A stretch of 64,000 nucleotides of DNA from Candidatus Nomurabacteria bacterium (lineage in GTDB: Bacteria > Patescibacteriota > Minisyncoccia > Phycocordibacterales > UBA918): NCBI GenBank assembly GCA_020632015.1, contig JACKGI010000001.1, positions 156,949-220,948 of the forward strand. Reading direction: 5' to 3'. Of the stretch, positions 29,516 to 38,606 are shown in pieces. The notes under the pieces were generated by a model that did no database searches, was not told where the DNA came from, and saw only the letters and a list, made by a program, of their open reading frames with translations. The position numbers and the translations under genes are program-made. How positions within the stretch are numbered: position 1 is the stretch's first letter; every line of letters begins with the position of its first letter.

Positions 29516-29632
29516 ATGTGTCCTAGTGTTACGTTTGTTGAACTAGTGCCTGATAAAACGAAGGACTATTACTGTTGGTTTTGTGGGAGGTATGCTGAAA
29601 GAGGTACAAGCATGCTCATTACAGTACTCTAG
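29516..29632 (+). CDS. 38-aa Cys-containing small protein (hypothetical)
   Basis: ATG at 29516 preceded by a strong SD (aaaggagg, 7-nt spacer). MCPSVTFVELVPDKTKDYYCWFCGRYAERGTSMLITVL. A terminator-like hairpin follows at 29686-29718. Below the ORF-track size cutoff. Confidence 0.3.
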   Translation: MCPSVTFVELVPDKTKDYYCWFCGRYAERGTSMLITVL

Positions 29633-29745
29633 AAGGATTTATCCGCGATGTCGACCAAAAGAGGTCTTCGCCACAAAAGTTGGCAAGAGAGAGGGCTAAA
29701 TAGCGCTCTCTTTATTTTATATATTCTCGTGTTAATGTATTCACT

Positions 29746-31170
29746 ATGAGCGATAAAACTCCCAAGTATATAACCACCACTCTGCCTTACGTTAACTCAA
29801 AGCCTCACATTGGTTTTGCGACTGAATTAGTGCGAGCAGATACTTTTGCTCGGTACCAAAAGCTACTAGGTCATGAGGTTTTTCTTAATACTGGTACAGA
29901 TGAGCACGGACAAAAGATTTATGATAAGGCAAAAGAAGAGGGAATAGACACCCAAGAATTTGTAGACGGTCTTGCTGAAGAATTCAAAAATCTTCTCCCA
30001 GAACTTGGCATTTTACCAGAGGCACACTTTATTCGTACTACTGACGAACATCATATAAAAGCAGCTCAGGAAATGTGGCGACGCTGCAAAGAAAAGGGCG
30101 ATATCTATAAGGCTGAACATGAGGTGAAATACTGTAAGGGCTGTGAGCTGGAAAAGACTGATTCGGAGCTAGAAGATGGAAAATGCCCACTTCACCCAAA
30201 CAATGATATTGAAATACGAGAAGAAGAAAACTACTTCTTTAGATTTTCTAAGTATCAAGAACCACTACTAAAACTCTACGCAGAAAACCCAGAGTTTGTC
30301 GTGCCCGACTTTCGCCTTAATGAAATAAAAAGATTTGTCGAAGGAGGTTTGCAGGATTTTAGCGTTTCTAGACTGAAATCAAAAATGTCTTGGGGTGTTC
30401 CGGTGCCAGATGATGAAGAGCATATTATGTATGTGTGGTTTGATGCCTTAACTAACTATATTTCAACCACTGGTTGGCCAGAGAAGGAGGATTTTGATGG
30501 CTGGTGGCCAGGAGTCCAATTTGCAGGTAAGGACAACCTACGTCAGCAAAGCGCAATTTGGCAAGCTATGCTTATCTCAGCTGGTATTCCAAATTCTACT
30601 CAAGTTTTTGTTGGGGGATTCATTAATAGTGGTGGTCAAAAAATGAGTAAGTCACTCGGAAATGTGATTAGTCCAAACGAATTGACTGAACGGTACGGAA
30701 GAGAAGCGACTAGGTATCTGTTACTCAGACACGTCCATCCTTTTGAGGATACTGATATTACTTGGGACAGGTTAGACGAATGGTATACCGCCAATTTGGT
30801 AAACGGACTAGGTAACCTCACTGCTCGAATTATGAAGATGGCGGAGACTCATCTGGATGGTCCTGTGAACACCAAGGATATTAATACTATGGATATAGAT
30901 GCTCTGGATAATTATCAATTCCAAACCGTTTTAGACGGAGTGTGGGCAGGTATTGGTGCAATGGATGAATATATTGCTGAAAATGAGCCTTTCAAAGTGA
31001 TTAAAACTGACAAAGAGCAAGCAATTGAAATGATTGTTAAATTGGTCAAAGATTTACACGAAATAGCAGAATCACTGGTCGTGTTTATGCCAGAAACCGC
31101 CGAAATCATCCTTCAAGCAATAAGAGAAAACAAAAAACCAGAAAACTTATTTGCTCGCTTAGAAAGTTAA
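29746..31170 (+). CDS. metG: methionyl-tRNA synthetase (short form)
   Basis: HIGH-region (KPHIGFA), a Zn knuckle (CKGCELE...CPLH) and KMSKS (GQKMSKSLGN). Confidence 0.85.
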   Translation: MSDKTPKYITTTLPYVNSKPHIGFATELVRADTFARYQKLLGHEVFLNTGTDEHGQKIYDKAKEEGIDTQEFVDGLAEEFKNLLPELGILPEAHFIRTTDEHHIKAAQEMWRRCKEKGDIYKAEHEVKYCKGCELEKTDSELEDGKCPLHPNNDIEIREEENYFFRFSKYQEPLLKLYAENPEFVVPDFRLNEIKRFVEGGLQDFSVSRLKSKMSWGVPVPDDEEHIMYVWFDALTNYISTTGWPEKEDFDGWWPGVQFAGKDNLRQQSAIWQAMLISAGIPNSTQVFVGGFINSGGQKMSKSLGNVISPNELTERYGREATRYLLLRHVHPFEDTDITWDRLDEWYTANLVNGLGNLTARIMKMAETHLDGPVNTKDINTMDIDALDNYQFQTVLDGVWAGIGAMDEYIAENEPFKVIKTDKEQAIEMIVKLVKDLHEIAESLVVFMPETAEIILQAIRENKKPENLFARLES

Positions 31171-31171
31171 T

Positions 31172-32026
31172 ATGGATTTCAAATTCATCGACACTCACGC
31201 TCACCTAAATCTTTCTGCCTTTAAGGAGGATTTTGACGTTGTGGCCAAACAATGCGCCGATGAGGGCGTGGCAGTGATTAATGTTGGAACCAAAGAATCA
31301 ACCAGCAAGCGCGGGGTAGAGCTGGCAAATGAATACGATAATATGTATTCGATAATTGGTTTACACCCAATTCAGACCGTTCCGATGATGCATGATGAAG
31401 ATGAAATAGGAGAAGGGGGCGAACCTTTTAAAAGTAAGGGAGAAGTTTTTGTTAAGGATTTCTATCGAGAGTTGGCCAAAAGTGAAAAGGTAGTAGGGAT
31501 TGGAGAGTGCGGATTTGATTATTGGCATACCGAGCCAGATAGTTACGCTGTCCAAGAAGAAGCTTTTATAGCGCAAATTGAGTTGGCCAACGAACTCAAT
31601 CTTCCCTTGATGATTCACACTCGTGGTCCAAAGCCGGGGCAAGACAGTCCAACTGGGAGAAGTGTCTACGCTGATGTTTACGATACTTTGCAGAAATACG
31701 CTAAGGTGCCTTTTAATGTTCACTTTTACGCAGGCACCTTAGCTGAAGCTGAAAAATTCTTTGAACTTGGTGGGACCATCTCTTTCACAGGAGTAATCAC
31801 TTTTGCTAAGGATTATGAAGAAGTGGTCAGAAACGCACCTTTGGATTTAATCCATGGTGAAACAGATTGTCCCTACGTAGCGCCTGTGCCACATCGAGGA
31901 AAGCGTTGCGAACCGTGGATGGTTCAAGAAGTCTATAAAAAAATCGCTGAAATCAAAGAGATGGATGAAGAGGTGGTCCGAGAGCAGTTGATTGAAAATG
32001 CTAAACGACACTATAATTTAAAATAA
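31172..32026 (+). CDS. tatD: TatD-family metal-dependent deoxyribonuclease
   Basis: FIDTHAHLN at the N-terminus and a GECGFDY motif. Confidence 0.8.
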   Translation: MDFKFIDTHAHLNLSAFKEDFDVVAKQCADEGVAVINVGTKESTSKRGVELANEYDNMYSIIGLHPIQTVPMMHDEDEIGEGGEPFKSKGEVFVKDFYRELAKSEKVVGIGECGFDYWHTEPDSYAVQEEAFIAQIELANELNLPLMIHTRGPKPGQDSPTGRSVYADVYDTLQKYAKVPFNVHFYAGTLAEAEKFFELGGTISFTGVITFAKDYEEVVRNAPLDLIHGETDCPYVAPVPHRGKRCEPWMVQEVYKKIAEIKEMDEEVVREQLIENAKRHYNLK

Positions 32027-32049
32027 AATCCGACCGTTGGTCGGATTTT
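32026..32049. terminator. bidirectional rho-independent terminator between convergent genes
   Basis: Hairpin aaatccgaccgttggtcggattt flanked by A/T runs on both sides. Confidence 0.7.
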
Positions 32050-32064
32050 ACTTATTAGACTAGT

Positions 32065-32991
32065 TTAATCAAAGAAATTTAATAGATACTCGTCTAGTTC
32101 TCTTTGGTCTAGGTCGTAAAAGGAGTCATTGCTTCTGTCTAGGTCACGGGCTAGGTCTGTGCCTACAAAGCGCCAGTGCCAAGGCTCAAATATATAAAAT
32201 GAGTTTCCTTCAGGGTAGGAAAGTATGAATCCGTATTTGTAGGCGTTTTTCTGTAGCCATTTGTATGCTTCTGTATTTGCGAAACTGTCATATGCTCCAC
32301 CAACCTCTGGAGTAGAAAGATCAACTGTGGTTCCTAGTTGGTGTTCGGAGTAACCTTGGTCAGCAGAGAAGGTGTTTGCTCCGGAGCCGTAGACTTGAGT
32401 GTATTGACCCTTTAAATCTGTTTGTTCGTCAAAAGAACGGTATCCCGACACTACTTTTAAATCAATTTTGTCACGCGAAGCAGCTTTCAGCATGTCTTCT
32501 AAGTGTTCGATTGCGCTGGCATGAAAGTATTGGTCCTTTTTGCCTTCCAAAATGTATCGGTTGTCTATTTCTTTGAGTTTAGTTGGTGTGTAATTTTCGT
32601 TTAAGAAATAAACTTTTGAATACTTAGCTAGCAGCTCTTTGTCGGTTTTGGCGAGTTTGTCCAAATCTCCAAGTGTTCCTGACAAAGCTCTGATTTGGTC
32701 TTCAAAATCTTCGTTACGATTTTTCTCGTCCTTGTAGTCATCAGCTAAATCTTCCAGGTCTTCGTGTAAGTCGTCTAGTTCTGTCTGTAGCTCCTCGATT
32801 GTTGTGCTTGCCAAGGTTAATTTTGCATTTGAGTTGTTTACTTCCTTAAGTAGAGCATTTCTTTCTTGGAGGAGAGTTTCTATCAATAAATCCTTCCCTT
32901 GCAACTTCACAGCCAAATAACTGGCCGATATTATGCCAATAATCGCTACTGCTCCAATTGAGTAAAGTGTCGCATCACTACGGATTTTCAT
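32065..32991 (-). CDS. membrane-anchored coiled-coil protein with a C-terminal M15 (VanY-like) D,D-carboxypeptidase domain
   Basis: N-terminal TM helix and a long coiled-coil. The C-terminal SGYRSFDEQ...GYSEHQLGTTVDL...EPWHWRF matches the LAS/M15 peptidase pattern. Confidence 0.6.
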   Translation of the reverse strand: MKIRSDATLYSIGAVAIIGIISASYLAVKLQGKDLLIETLLQERNALLKEVNNSNAKLTLASTTIEELQTELDDLHEDLEDLADDYKDEKNRNEDFEDQIRALSGTLGDLDKLAKTDKELLAKYSKVYFLNENYTPTKLKEIDNRYILEGKKDQYFHASAIEHLEDMLKAASRDKIDLKVVSGYRSFDEQTDLKGQYTQVYGSGANTFSADQGYSEHQLGTTVDLSTPEVGGAYDSFANTEAYKWLQKNAYKYGFILSYPEGNSFYIFEPWHWRFVGTDLARDLDRSNDSFYDLDQRELDEYLLNFFD

Positions 32992-33077
32992 TCCGCTATT
33001 CTAACACGTTCTTACATCTTGAAGCGAAAGACTAATTGTGGTACTGTTCTTCGCGTTATTAGTTAAGACATCAAATT

Positions 33078-33590
33078 GTGTCTAAAACAGAAATGCCAGC
33101 AGTCGAAGCCGGTTCTTACGAACTAGCTTTCCACATTCTTCCAACGATTGCTGAAGGGGAAGTACCTACAGTCTTTCAAGGACTGAAAGATCTTATTACT
33201 AAGCATGGTGGAGAAATCACCAATGAAGAGACGCCAGCTCGTTTTGACTTAGCGTATGAAATCGTTAAATATCTCGAAGGCAGAAACCGAAAGTTTTCTA
33301 GCGCGTACTTTGGTTGGGTGCGATTTACACTGAATCCAGCAGAGGTTGATGAAATCAACAAAACAATCGAAGGGGATAATCAGATTCTTCGACACTTGCT
33401 TATTAAGCTTACAAAACTTGAAGAAGCTAACCCATTTATGTTCCACGAAGCTTTGTCAGAAAACGATAAAGTAAAAACAATTGAGTTGGACGATTCTGAT
33501 GATGAAGATGATGAGGAATCAAGTGATTCTGACTCGGAGGATGTTGTGGATGAGACTGAAGAAGTAGAAGATTCAGAAGATAAAGCTTAA
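33078..33590 (+). CDS. rpsF: 30S ribosomal protein S6 with an acidic C-terminal tail
   Basis: YELAFHILP...RFDLAYEI...GWVRF pattern plus a D/E-rich tail. Confidence 0.85.
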   Translation: MSKTEMPAVEAGSYELAFHILPTIAEGEVPTVFQGLKDLITKHGGEITNEETPARFDLAYEIVKYLEGRNRKFSSAYFGWVRFTLNPAEVDEINKTIEGDNQILRHLLIKLTKLEEANPFMFHEALSENDKVKTIELDDSDDEDDEESSDSDSEDVVDETEEVEDSEDKA

Positions 33591-33596
33591 TTAGAT

Positions 33597-33797
33597 ATGG
33601 AAACACAAGAAACAGTAAATGCGCCGATGCACCATGTTGATTTCAAAGACATTAATCGTCTTCGAAGTAACGTGAATCCGCACGCACGAATGATGAGTCG
33701 ACGACGTACTCATTTGTCAGCAAAGGGACAAAGAAACTTTGCCCGAGCAATCAAGCGAGCACGATTTATGGCTCTTATGCCGTATATCCAGCATTAA
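33597..33797 (+). CDS. rpsR: 30S ribosomal protein S18
   Basis: VDFKDINRLRSNV...RRRTHLSAKGQRNFARAIKRARFMALMPY is the S18 signature. A strong terminator follows at 33803-33836. Confidence 0.85.
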   Translation: METQETVNAPMHHVDFKDINRLRSNVNPHARMMSRRRTHLSAKGQRNFARAIKRARFMALMPYIQH

Positions 33798-33908
33798 AAT
33801 AAAAAACCGGCCGGCGCTTTGCGCCGGCCGGTTTTTCGTTGTGAAACTTAGACAGTTAGTCAGTACGGGGTATAATAGCCAGCATACACATCTAATGACT
33901 CAATAATT

Positions 33909-34355
33909 ATGTATTTGAACAAAGCAATGGTTTATGGAAATCTAACTCGCGATCCTGAATTGAAGGCTCTTCCGAGTGGAATGAATGTTTGTTCAATGTC
34001 GATTGCCACAAACCGTGTCTACAAAGATCGAGACGGAAATAGACAAGAAAGTGTTGATTATCATAACGTTGTAGTGTTTGGTAATCAGGCTGAAAACAGT
34101 GCCAAGTATTTATCAAAAGGGAATGGAGTTTATGTTGAGGGAAGGCTTCAAACTCGAAGCTGGGAGAAGGATGGTCAAAAACAATATCGGACTGAGATAG
34201 TAGCTGATAGGGTTCAGTTTGGACCAAAGAATGGTAGTGCTGGAGGTGGAGGAAGTGCGCCAAGCAATGATTCAGCTCCTAAGGATGATAATAAGGCTCC
34301 ATCTGTGCCAGATTATCCAGAGGAGGAAATTAATCCAGAGGACATTCCTTTTTAG
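33909..34355 (+). CDS. ssb: single-stranded DNA-binding protein
   Basis: OB-fold with NKAMVYGNLTRDPEL and a C-terminal DIPF tail. Terminator at 34371-34401. Confidence 0.9.
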   Translation: MYLNKAMVYGNLTRDPELKALPSGMNVCSMSIATNRVYKDRDGNRQESVDYHNVVVFGNQAENSAKYLSKGNGVYVEGRLQTRSWEKDGQKQYRTEIVADRVQFGPKNGSAGGGGSAPSNDSAPKDDNKAPSVPDYPEEEINPEDIPF

Positions 34356-34465
34356 CCCGATAGAGTTTAAAAATACCACACCGAGTGTGGTATTTTTTTT
34401 TGACAAAGCCTTGATTAGTTGTATCATCTAAAACGGCACGTTAATTTATTTATAAGGAGGTCATC

Positions 34466-34648
34466 ATGATTGCGGCTTATCTACCGGCTATATTTCTCGG
34501 TTTTTTATTGGGTTCCATTTTAGGTTATATGAGTGGATATAACTTCTGGTACGTAATGCTGTCTGGATGGGTTGGAGCATTTGTTTTGTCATTCCTAATG
34601 GCTTTGTTTGTTTGGTACTCACGAGGGGTGGGGTACGAACAGAAGTGA
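34466..34648 (+). CDS. small two-TM membrane protein (hypothetical)
   Basis: 60 aa, hydrophobic. Preceded by the SD-like aaggagg. Terminator hairpin at 34654-34678. Confidence 0.3.
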   Translation: MIAAYLPAIFLGFLLGSILGYMSGYNFWYVMLSGWVGAFVLSFLMALFVWYSRGVGYEQK

Positions 34649-34683
34649 GAAAAGGGCGACATCCAAACGGTGTCGCCCAATTT

Positions 34684-35259
34684 CTATGCTTTCTCTATTC
34701 TTTCAGAGTAAGATCCAGTTTCTGTATTGATACTTACAATATCGCCTTCATTTATAAACATTGGTGCCATTATTTTTGCTCCAGTTTCAAGCGTTACTTC
34801 CTTTTGGGCGCCACTTGAAGTATTGCCTTTTACAGCGTCCATCGCTTCCTTTACCTTGAGTTCAACTTTGATAGGGAATTTGATGCCAATAACTTCTTCA
34901 TCAAAAACTAGCACGTCTATATCCGAACGCTCTTTGAGAAATTGACCTTGTGGACCCACTAAGTCTTCGGTAAGTGAAAAGCGTTCGGCTGGCTTACCAG
35001 CGTTATGAAACCAGAATTCTCCCGGTTTTTTAAAGATGAAAGTAACGTTTCTTGTCTCCAAGTCAGCTTCAGGCACACTTTCGTTCTGGTGGAAGGTCAC
35101 TTCAACCACACGTCCTGATTTTAAGTTTTTAAGTTTGGTGATATTTACAGGCTTTCTTTGTTGTTTTCGGAAAACGTGAGAGGCAATAACCAAATAAGGC
35201 TCATCGTCATGTAAAATGACTTTTTTGAGGGTAATTTCATTATACGATAAGACTGCCAT
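34684..35259 (-). CDS. efp: translation elongation factor P
   Basis: The three-domain EF-P pattern (LKKVILHDDEPYLVIASHVFRKQQRKPVNITKLKNLKSGRVVEVTF) with conserved Lys in the KPGKG-like loop region. Start chosen at Met MAVLSY. Confidence 0.85.
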   Translation of the reverse strand: MAVLSYNEITLKKVILHDDEPYLVIASHVFRKQQRKPVNITKLKNLKSGRVVEVTFHQNESVPEADLETRNVTFIFKKPGEFWFHNAGKPAERFSLTEDLVGPQGQFLKERSDIDVLVFDEEVIGIKFPIKVELKVKEAMDAVKGNTSSGAQKEVTLETGAKIMAPMFINEGDIVSINTETGSYSERIEKA

Positions 35260-35469
35260 TGAATGAGTAAACGAGCGCATAGCGCGACTATTAGGAATTT
35301 ATGCAGGCGCTTAGCATATTTCGACCCCTACCAAGGGGAGAAATAGGCTGTAGCGAGCTGCAAAGAAAGTCACGTATTGCTTGTTGGATTAATTTTTAAT
35401 GCCTATTTATACCAGATGGCAAGATAAAGCGCCACTTTCACAATTATTGTTAGGTGATACCATGAGAGG

Positions 35470-36063
35470 ATGTTGGGTTTTACGGCTACAGACGACGCGG
35501 AAGAGTGGGAGGATGAAAAGATTTTAATTGAGTCACAGTCTTCACCATGGCTATTTTCTATATTGGTAAACCGCTACGAAGCACCTTTTATGCGTAAAGC
35601 TCGCTCAATCGTACGCAATCCCTTAGATGCAGAGGAGGTGGTACAAGATGCTTTTACAAAGATTTATGTTAATGCAGATAAATACGAATCACAATCTGGT
35701 GCCAAGTTTTCATCGTGGGCTTACCGGATACTAATGAATACCGCTTTTACTCGCTACCAAAAACTGGTCAAAAATAATGAGAGGTTTGCCTCAATGGATC
35801 CGGAATATGAACAACACTATGGTTCTTGGACGTTGCATTCAGGTTTCAATAATAAACAAGACGCCATAGAAAGAGTTCTGGAACAATTGCCGGGACATTT
35901 CGCGGTTGTGTTACGTTTGCACTATCTAGAGCGTTGGAGCCATCAAGATATTGCCGATGAGACAGGGGAGAAGGTTGGTGCAGTGAAGGCTAGAATTCAT
36001 CGGGCCAAAGAAGCTTTTCGTAAAGAGGCCAAAGGGAATGAGTCGGAACTACTAGCAGACTAG
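35470..36063 (+). CDS. ECF-type RNA polymerase sigma factor (sigma-70 family)
   Basis: Region 2 (DAEEVVQDAFTKIY...FSSWAYRILMNTAF) and region 4 HTH (LRLHYLERWSHQDIADETGEKVGAVKARIHRAKEAFRK). Confidence 0.75.
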   Translation: MLGFTATDDAEEWEDEKILIESQSSPWLFSILVNRYEAPFMRKARSIVRNPLDAEEVVQDAFTKIYVNADKYESQSGAKFSSWAYRILMNTAFTRYQKLVKNNERFASMDPEYEQHYGSWTLHSGFNNKQDAIERVLEQLPGHFAVVLRLHYLERWSHQDIADETGEKVGAVKARIHRAKEAFRKEAKGNESELLAD

Positions 36064-36158
36064 ATATTGACACACAGACATTACGTGTTATGGTGTTTGC
36101 ACATGTCAATTTCGGCATGTTTACCCTCCATCTTACGGAGGACTGAGGAGAAAGAAGA

Positions 36159-36497
36159 ATGAAGAAACGAAAAAGTCATCCATATCGAATCGCTGGAACA
36201 ATTACTTTTAGCGGTGAGGTTTCGGTCAATAAGTTGATCGATGTGTGCGAGTTTGTTAAGAGGTTAGATCCAGAGAATTGGATCGATTTGCATGTTAGGG
36301 GAGCTGGAGACAACGGCTCTCACCATGTATCCTTCCATTACCTTTTGCCCGATGGGGAAAACAAGACAAGGAAAAGTTTTGAAGCACTATTTCTTGGTTT
36401 TTTCCGCGAGAAGTTTGGTGTAAGGCCTCATGTAAAAGGAAGAGTTCCTTACGGATGTAAAAGCTGGTCCATGTCAACGTTCGTAGTCGTCATCTAG
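36159..36497 (+). CDS. hypothetical protein downstream of the ECF sigma factor
   Basis: 112 aa with a good SD (ggaggactgaggag). No recognisable domain. Terminator at 36518-36547. Confidence 0.3.
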   Translation: MKKRKSHPYRIAGTITFSGEVSVNKLIDVCEFVKRLDPENWIDLHVRGAGDNGSHHVSFHYLLPDGENKTRKSFEALFLGFFREKFGVRPHVKGRVPYGCKSWSMSTFVVVI

Positions 36498-36586
36498 CTT
36501 TTAAGTAACGAAATATGCCTGGTCACCGAGTGTGACCAGGTTTTTTATTTGTAACTTTTCTATTATTGGGGTTAGTTATATAGGGT

Positions 36587-36928
36587 ATGAAGTCAAACAG
36601 TTTACAATCAGCCATAATGCGAAGAGTTTATTACCATTATGCTCTTAGTATTTTTACCCACACCATGTTTTGGCAGGGGGTCTTTTTGAGTGTTGCCACT
36701 CTTTTGTTGGCCAAGTGGCTTCATGTCGCAAGTATAATAAATAACTTTTTATCGGTACCAGTTGGACGTGTTCCAGAGTATCTCTACAACTCATTTTTTG
36801 GTGCTATTTCTCATGGTGAGTTTATCACCGCTATGACTTTGGTGTTGGCTGGGGGAGTCGCAATTTCAGTTGGATACAGACTAATGCACGAAATAACCCC
36901 AAGATTATCGCACTTGTCGCGAGTATAA
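36587..36928 (+). CDS. small membrane protein (hypothetical)
   Basis: 113 aa with 3 predicted TM helices. A strong terminator (gtcacaaaaggccggcgcgaagcgccggccttttgtgac) follows at 36945-36983. Confidence 0.3.
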   Translation: MKSNSLQSAIMRRVYYHYALSIFTHTMFWQGVFLSVATLLLAKWLHVASIINNFLSVPVGRVPEYLYNSFFGAISHGEFITAMTLVLAGGVAISVGYRLMHEITPRLSHLSRV

Positions 36929-37140
36929 TAATCAAATATTTTGGGTCACAAAAGGCCGGCGCGAAGCGCCGGCCTTTTGTGACAATAATAACTTTCTGTA
37001 AAATGACTTTACTAAACTCATCTGGACGCAGGTCGAGTCCTATATTCAGAATTTCTAGACGAAATCCTTCCGTAACATCCATCTGAGCTCAATAAAGTCA
37101 TTTTACTAAGACACTATTGTAAATGTGGTTACTGGAGTTG

Positions 37141-38211
37141 TTACTTACCAGCCTCTTCCTTCAAAGCCTTTCTAATGTTCTTTAGTATTTCATTCTTGAG
37201 TTTACTGTCAGTTTTTAGGGTGGTTCGTGCCGCGTCGTAACCACGACCAAGCTTTACCACTGTTGACTCATCACCTCCCGGTGGAGTATATGAGTATGAG
37301 GCGCCAGCTTTGGTAACCATTTTGTATTTTTCACCAAGAGCCAGAAGCTCTCCTTCACGACTGATTCCTTCTCCGTAAATCAGGTCAAATTCAGTAGTGC
37401 GGAAAGGGGAGGCAACCTTGTTTTTAACCACCTTCACTCTATGGCGACCGCCCACCACTTCATCACCCTTTTTAATCTGAGCAATTCGGCGAATGTCTAG
37501 ACGAACAGAAGTATAGAATTTTAGGGCCTTTCCACCAGGGGTTGTCTCTGGATTGCCAAACATCACTCCAATCTGCATTCTAATTTGGTTAATGAAAATA
37601 ACCACGGTCTTACTTTTAGAGACAATTCCAGTTAGCTTTCTTAAAGCTTGACTCATAAGACGAGCTTGTTTCCCAACGTGGTGCGCCCCCATTTCTCCCT
37701 CGATTTCGTCTTTTGGTGTTAGGGCAGCGACAGAGTCAATAACTATCACATCAAGTTTTCCTGAACGAACCAGTGATTCCACTATTTCCAAGGCCTGTTC
37801 ACCATTGTCTGGTTGAGAGATGAGTAGTTCATCCAGCTTTACTCCCAAGGCTTCAGCATAAACCGGGTCCATGGCATGTTCAGCGTCGATGAAGGCACAA
37901 ATTCCACCTTCTTTTTGTGCTTCGGCAATAGCGTGTAGGGATAGGGTAGTTTTACCAGAGGATTCTGGTCCGTAGATTTCAAGAATTCTTCCACGCGGAT
38001 ATCCGCCAATACCAAGAGCGTCATCAAGTCCAATTGAGCCCGTAGAAATAGCCTCGACATCGACCTTCTTGGTTTCGGAAAGGGTCATAATTGAATCGTC
38101 TCCGAACTTGGTCTTGATGCTACGAATTGTTTCGGTCACTTGGTTGATTTCTTCCTTCTTGGTACTTTCTGTTGCTTTTGCCTTTGTAGTTTTCTTTGCT
38201 TTTCCTGCCAT
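37141..38211 (-). CDS. recA: recombinase RecA
   Basis: Walker [10 protein letters not shown]. The central block [21 protein letters not shown]...[15 protein letters not shown] is near-universal RecA sequence. Confidence 0.95.
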   Translation of the reverse strand: MAGKAKKTTKAKATESTKKEEINQVTETIRSIKTKFGDDSIMTLSETKKVDVEAISTGSIGLDDALGIGGYPRGRILEIYGPESSGKTTLSLHAIAEAQKEGGICAFIDAEHAMDPVYAEALGVKLDELLISQPDNGEQALEIVESLVRSGKLDVIVIDSVAALTPKDEIEGEMGAHHVGKQARLMSQALRKLTGIVSKSKTVVIFINQIRMQIGVMFGNPETTPGGKALKFYTSVRLDIRRIAQIKKGDEVVGGRHRVKVVKNKVASPFRTTEFDLIYGEGISREGELLALGEKYKMVTKAGASYSYTPPGGDESTVVKLGRGYDAARTTLKTDSKLKNEILKNIRKALKEEAGK

Positions 38212-38226
38212 GATTTTTCTTATTAT

Positions 38227-38601
38227 TTATTGATAATCAGCGAAACTTGCTGGGGTATAGACGAATTGTTTGGTAATTTTTGTTTCTCGTCCGTAACGAT
38301 CTTCTGCTCTAAGGGTGGCTATAGTATAGCCGTTTTCTAAGATGAGCGCCTCCTTGAAATGTCCCTGAGCATCAGTATAAATTGGTCTATCGTTTAGCCA
38401 CAGGTGTGAGATATTGAAGGCGATACCCGACAAGAATACTTGCCGGTTATTTTGCTTTAATTCAAGAGTATCAGTCATTGTTATTTGTGGACCAACAATC
38501 AAATATCTAGCTTGAAACAAAACATACGCAAACACAAAGATTAAACCAATTGCTAAGATTACTATCTTTACTAATGTGCGAAAAGGTAGAGTTTCAAGCA
38601 T
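38227..38601 (-). CDS. hypothetical exported/membrane-anchored protein
   Basis: 124 aa with an N-terminal TM helix. It is co-directional with ftsK and recA. Confidence 0.3.
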   Translation of the reverse strand: MLETLPFRTLVKIVILAIGLIFVFAYVLFQARYLIVGPQITMTDTLELKQNNRQVFLSGIAFNISHLWLNDRPIYTDAQGHFKEALILENGYTIATLRAEDRYGRETKITKQFVYTPASFADYQ

Positions 38602-38606
38602 ATTAA

